From assembly GCA_903909465.1 (NCBI GenBank), contig CAIVVQ010000038.1, forward strand, positions 1 to 61,427: 61,427 nucleotides of DNA, read 5' to 3'. Of this stretch, positions 57,572-61,427 are shown piece by piece. Each line of letters opens with the position of its first letter. Position 1 is the stretch's first letter. Origin of the DNA: an uncultured Opitutia bacterium. GTDB lineage: Bacteria; Verrucomicrobiota; Verrucomicrobiia; Opitutales; UBA953. Below the pieces are notes generated by a model. That model searched no databases, was not told where the DNA came from, and saw only the letters and a list, made by a program, of their open reading frames with translations. The translations under genes and the position numbers were made by a program.

Positions 57572-58009
57572 TTATTCGGAATGATTGAGGCCCGCAAAGG
57601 CAATTTGATCGATGCCTGCTGCGGCGCCCCAACTGAGGGCTTCGGCGATAAACTTTGCCTGACAATTCTGGTCGGCCCGAATCAACAGACGAAATTTCTC
57701 ATTCGAGCCTTTACGTTTCCGGAGTTCGCTGACGATTTCCGCTCGCTGCAGTGGGTCAATTTCATGCTCATCGAGTTTATACTGCGCGCATGATTGATTT
57801 TTATTCCAAGCAATGTTGATTAGACCAGCCGCGGCTTTATCATCGCGCTTAATGCCGTGTGGTGCAACGGGCAGGGTGATGCCTTTATCTACCTTGAGGA
57901 CCTGCGCAGAGGTGATGGACATGAAAAAGATTAAGAGCACCAAGAGTACATCAATCATGGGTGCCACTTGAAACTCGGGTTCGCCTTCGCCGCCGCTTCC
58001 GCCTGCCAT
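57572..58009 (-). CDS. exbD: ExbD/TolR family biopolymer transport protein (copy 1)
   Basis: FQVAPMIDVLLVLLIFFM TM segment with the conserved Asp; 145 aa. Confidence 0.88.
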   Translation of the reverse strand: MAGGSGGEGEPEFQVAPMIDVLLVLLIFFMSITSAQVLKVDKGITLPVAPHGIKRDDKAAAGLINIAWNKNQSCAQYKLDEHEIDPLQRAEIVSELRKRKGSNEKFRLLIRADQNCQAKFIAEALSWGAAAGIDQIAFAGLNHSE

Positions 58010-58021
58010 GGTTAAAGGTAA

Positions 58022-58798
58022 TTAGGATTGAGGGTGAGAAGTTGCGTCGGTCAACCAATACGGTTTGGCCGCATAAATTTCATCATCGCCAATGGGTTGA
58101 TGGCTGAGTTCCTGATAGGGAAAGCATCGAAAGAGGCTGATGGTTAATTCATGGATATCGTGAATACCCTTCTGGATGCGGTTCCGGAGAAGGTAATAAC
58201 AAACGAAGGCAGGAATCGCGATGAACAGTCCTGATGCCGTGGCCACGAGGACTTCGCCGATGGCGCCCGCTAACTGTGATGGATCGCCAACGCCGGAGGT
58301 ACCTAATTTATCGAATGCCTTCATCATGCCGGTGACGGTGCCCGTGAGACCAATCATCGGTGTGCACACGCCGATAACCGAAAGGTAAGACGCCCGCCCC
58401 ATCAGTTCAGTTTGCAGTCGATTGATTTCTGCAAGAATGGATTCCTCGGTCATCGTTTTTCCTTCGGCCACAAAGGTGAGGCCGGTGCGAACAACGTTGT
58501 TAAATGCCGATGGAGCTGACTTGGCAAAAGCATGGGCTGAGGGGTAGTCGCCGCGCTTAAATAATTCTCGTAATTGATTTACGTGTAGGCTGGGGTAGAG
58601 CTTAAGCGGACTTGAGCGTATCCAGCCGTCGACAATAAACCAGATCATCGCAATCGAGCACGCGAGGATGGGGTACATGACCCAACCGCCTTCGGCAAAA
58701 ATATCTAAGAGCGTTTTTTCCTCAGCCGGAATTGAATTTATGGGGAGGTTAGAAACTTTAGCTAAAAAGAAGGCATGGATGACGGTGAGTGATTTCAT
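58022..58798 (-). CDS. exbB: MotA/TolQ/ExbB family proton channel
   Basis: Core motifs IGLTGTVTGMMKAF and AGAIGEVLVATASGLFIAIPA. Its start overlaps the upstream gene's stop by 4 nt. Confidence 0.88.
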   Translation of the reverse strand: MKSLTVIHAFFLAKVSNLPINSIPAEEKTLLDIFAEGGWVMYPILACSIAMIWFIVDGWIRSSPLKLYPSLHVNQLRELFKRGDYPSAHAFAKSAPSAFNNVVRTGLTFVAEGKTMTEESILAEINRLQTELMGRASYLSVIGVCTPMIGLTGTVTGMMKAFDKLGTSGVGDPSQLAGAIGEVLVATASGLFIAIPAFVCYYLLRNRIQKGIHDIHELTISLFRCFPYQELSHQPIGDDEIYAAKPYWLTDATSHPQS

Positions 58799-59730
58799 GT
58801 TGGGGGAGCTGGGCTGGGTTTGGGTGGGGTGGTGTCTTGATTGAGAATGGACTGGGCGGTGGCGGCTTCACTAGAAAGCGGGCACTCGTTAATGACTCTT
58901 TTAAGGTAGAGCACTGAAGCGGCGTGAATTTTTCCGTCGGTGACAGTCGGGTTTTCTAAGCCACGCAGGGCCGTGGCGATACCGAGAAGGACTTGTGGGT
59001 AGGATTCGAAGCGCGCACCATGAAAGGCACTAATATGAAGAAACTGGCTTAAGGCCTCAGGATAGTTCTTCAGAAGAAGTTGGGCCTGTGCTTGGCAGAA
59101 ATTAACTCGCACGGCATCTTCTGGGTTAGCCAATTTCGGTAGCAAGACTTGGGCATTCTTGAGGACGGACTGGGGTTCGCCCTGACAGTTAAGCAATGTC
59201 AGGCGAGCAATCTTAAGGTTGGTGCTTAAGAGGACTCGGCTGCCGTCGTCGTGTTTAGATAAATCCGAAATCCAACGTTCGAGCCTACTCGCATCTTGTA
59301 ATCTTTCGAGCGCCGCTAATTTCAATAGGCTGGCCTTAAGCCACCAACTGCCAGGAATTTTTGGCCATGGCTCGATCGCCTTTAGAGCAGCATCCAGCAC
59401 ATTTAATCCCCGGACGAGGTCCCCTTGGTGGATGTAATTTTTGGCTTCGGCGAGTGAGGGTGGCTCAGGCCACAGCAATCCGAGAACTTCATTAAACTTA
59501 TGAATAATGATTACCTCATACTGGTCCTGTTTAGATATTTTTGCGATGGTCCCATCTTTATAATTAATCAGGGCACGCTGCATGGGCCGTATGGCTTTTG
59601 CGGAAAGTGGGTCGTTGTTTAACGGGTCTTCGATTTCCCATTGTTCCCCATTGTTAAAAAATGCCGTAATGGCTGATAGGTTTAACGGCACAACCATGAG
59701 GTAGACTAAGTAGCAGTGGAAAAGTCTCAT
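58795..59730 (-). CDS. hypothetical secreted helical-repeat (TPR-like) protein with Pro-rich C-terminal tail
   Basis: Hydrophobic N-terminus MRLFHCYLVYLMVVPLNLSAITA, helical-repeat body, tail TTPPKPSPAPPT. Translationally coupled to exbB. Confidence 0.6.
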   Translation of the reverse strand: MRLFHCYLVYLMVVPLNLSAITAFFNNGEQWEIEDPLNNDPLSAKAIRPMQRALINYKDGTIAKISKQDQYEVIIIHKFNEVLGLLWPEPPSLAEAKNYIHQGDLVRGLNVLDAALKAIEPWPKIPGSWWLKASLLKLAALERLQDASRLERWISDLSKHDDGSRVLLSTNLKIARLTLLNCQGEPQSVLKNAQVLLPKLANPEDAVRVNFCQAQAQLLLKNYPEALSQFLHISAFHGARFESYPQVLLGIATALRGLENPTVTDGKIHAASVLYLKRVINECPLSSEAATAQSILNQDTTPPKPSPAPPT

Positions 59731-59732
59731 CG

Positions 59733-61427
59733 TTAGAGGGCGCTGAGTAGGTTTTGGGCGTCTTGTGCTTCGGGGGTCTCTTTAATGAAATCGTGCGAAA
59801 GCATTTCATTGATCAGCACGGTGGCCTCTTGAGGTTGGTGGAGCTGCTTGGCGAGCAGTTGGGCGGTGCCCCAGTAGGCTTTGGCCGACCACTCGGGGTA
59901 GCGCTTCCATCCTTGGTAGCAGCGACGGTAGTAGGCGATAGCTTCCGCGGCGCGGTTCTGTCGTTCCTCAATGATACCTAACCAATAGAGACTCCGGGCG
60001 GTACTTTCGCCCCTCCATGCTTTGGTTTGTGCCACGTATTCGAATTCTTTTTTAGCCTCTGTGAACTGACGTAACTCAGTAAGGGCCTGACCATGAACCA
60101 GCCGCAGGCTACACTCCTTATTATTTACGAAATTATTTTTCAGCGCCTCGGAGGATAGACTGAGCGCGGCGGAATAGTTTTTCTGTTGGAGTCGTATGGT
60201 GGCGAGGCCCGCAAAACCGTAGTCGGCGTATTCTGAAGTACGTACGTTTTGGATGAGAAAGTCGAAAAACTTTTCTGCGGTGGCGAAGTCGCCACTGGCG
60301 AGGGCGTTATCACCCGTTAGTGCAAGCAGGGTCGCACTTAGGTCTGATGGAGAAAAGTGTTGGGCGATTAATTTATAGTATTGATTAGCCTGATTGGACT
60401 CGTGGCGCAGTGCGCAAAGCTGGGCTTGGGTGAAATAGAGTCGAGCCTGTGCAATGGGTCGGGCGAGAGTAGGTTGCGGTTTTAGAATGGTTTCGAGTTC
60501 ACCCAATGCTCGTGTTGCCCCGTCAGGTAGGTTTCGATTTTTTAGGTAAACCTTGTTCGCCAACAGGGTGAGTAGCTCTTCAGTTCCACCTTGTTTGGGG
60601 TCGTTAAGGCTTTCATGAATGGCGCTCACCAGTAATTGCAACGCAGGCTCCGGGGCGCCGGTCTGTGGTGCGTGATTGTTAATCCACTCGGTGGCGATAA
60701 TAGCTTCGAAGAGGTAATTAGAGGCCTGCGGGCTTTGTTTGTCCCAGCGGTAGAGCTCAAGGTACAGGTCGCGCAGGGTGGTGAAATTATTTTGTGCTTT
60801 TAGGGCGGGGCGGAGTTTAGACAGGGCGTAGCGGAGGGCGTCAGCGTTGAAACGTCCATTTCTAGCGGCGAGTATGTACGCATCAATTGAGCGTTGGCTG
60901 TGTAGTGACTTTTGTTTTTCGAGGTCGGCGATGGTGGCATCAGATCTAGGTTGGTGTGCGAGTTGTAGGTCGACCTCGCCCGCGAGACCAGCTTCACAGT
61001 CACCGATGAGCACATAAACATCGGCCACTTTACTTTTTATATCGGACTTATTTTGGCCGGCAAAGTCTTTGAGCCACTTTTCACAGATTAAGCGCGAGCC
61101 CTCGAATTGCCCTGGAATTTTTCCGTATTCAATCAACGCCTGTCGGTATTGCACATCGAAGACGAATGCGCCGTTAGGGAATCGAGTCTGGTAATCGCCT
61201 AACGAATTTTGGGCACTCTCATTTTTGCCCTGATAAAACTGCGTCAGTGCCCGTAAGTAAATCACCTGCTCGAGGGCCTTAGATTTCGGGTATTTTTTAA
61301 TAAAAGTAGTTAGTGCTTCATTGGCCTGAGTCCATTCCGTTAGGCAGAAAGTAGCGAAGCAGCATCGATACTCTATTTCCTCTAGGACTTCGGGCCGCAG
61401 TTTTTTGATTTTCGTTTTAGCCCATTG
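59733..61427 (-). CDS. large TPR-repeat protein (5' end outside the window)
   Basis: My hand translation shows the frame stays open from 61265 to the window end (...QWAKTKIKKLRPEVLEEIEYRCC...KALEQ-VIYLRAL...), so the 510-aa track ORF is a truncated view. Multiple TPR-like A/Y/L-rich repeats. Confidence 0.7.
   Translation of the reverse strand, partial: QWAKTKIKKLRPEVLEEIEYRCCFATFCLTEWTQANEALTTFIKKYPKSKALEQVIYLRALTQFYQGKNESAQNSLGDYQTRFPNGAFVFDVQYRQALIEYGKIPGQFEGSRLICEKWLKDFAGQNKSDIKSKVADVYVLIGDCEAGLAGEVDLQLAHQPRSDATIADLEKQKSLHSQRSIDAYILAARNGRFNADALRYALSKLRPALKAQNNFTTLRDLYLELYRWDKQSPQASNYLFEAIIATEWINNHAPQTGAPEPALQLLVSAIHESLNDPKQGGTEELLTLLANKVYLKNRNLPDGATRALGELETILKPQPTLARPIAQARLYFTQAQLCALRHESNQANQYYKLIAQHFSPSDLSATLLALTGDNALASGDFATAEKFFDFLIQNVRTSEYADYGFAGLATIRLQQKNYSAALSLSSEALKNNFVNNKECSLRLVHGQALTELRQFTEAKKEFEYVAQTKAWRGESTARSLYWLGIIEERQNRAAEAIAYYRRCYQGWKRYPEWSAKAYWGTAQLLAKQLHQPQEATVLINEMLSHDFIKETPEAQDAQNLLSAL

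Noticed and set aside
1-61427. CRISPR arrays, IS elements, prophage or integrative elements, toxin-antitoxin or known defence-system genes
   Set aside because: The largest non-coding gap is about 500 bp and is occupied by a tRNA and terminators. No regularly spaced repeats were found. No transposase, integrase, recombinase, nuclease/helicase defence-type ORFs or paired small ORFs were seen.

Overview
Dense chromosomal window with about 60 CDS, two complete tRNAs and one tRNA fragment at the left edge. I found no rRNA, CRISPR array, transposase, integrase or phage genes. Most of it is core housekeeping: proBA, ruvB, murA, RNase Y, a SEDS RodA/FtsW protein, RNase G/E, icd, rplM-rpsI, a colinear argC-argJ-argB-argD-argF-argG block, ispF, ndk, serS, tilS-ftsH, coaE, mutL, uvrB, nadE and thrBC. 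The gene families present (a PEP-CTERM protein, RNase Y together with an RNase G-type enzyme, many TPR proteins, ExbBD without TonB) and the moderate GC content suggest a Verrucomicrobiota/PVC-type genome. That is inference only and cannot be verified here. Gene starts were re-evaluated because the ORF track often over-extends N-termini and counts GTG/TTG as M. The less ordinary parts are:

1. A TonB-less operon: large TPR protein, TPR-like secreted protein, ExbB, ExbD, ExbD, and a 41-aa lipoprotein missing from the ORF track (56.9-61.4 kb). It lies beside a PEP-CTERM protein and a small glycosylation locus.
2. A membrane protein whose single N-terminal TM carries the TonB/TolA-type SxxxH anchor motif but whose C-terminus is a vWA/MIDAS domain. 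A YbgC-like thioesterase follows it (37.2-38.7 kb). I propose it as a candidate unconventional partner of the orphan ExbBD motor.
3. A pilin-less pilB-pilT-pilB-pilC ATPase/platform block whose PilT-like member has a deviant P-loop (30.9-36.7 kb).
4. A 287-aa Arg/Pro/Glu-rich disordered protein with an RGG tail and an amphipathic helix. It is encoded between RNase Y and murA, near an RNase E/G enzyme that has the catalytic domain only (4.6-10.3 kb).
5. A single-chain tandem ribbon-helix-helix protein with a histone-H1-like Lys/Ala tail, divergent from a P1B-4-type (SPC/HEGST) metal ATPase (10.8-13.3 kb).

All functional calls rest on motifs read directly from the translations and on remembered family signatures. 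No database search was possible.
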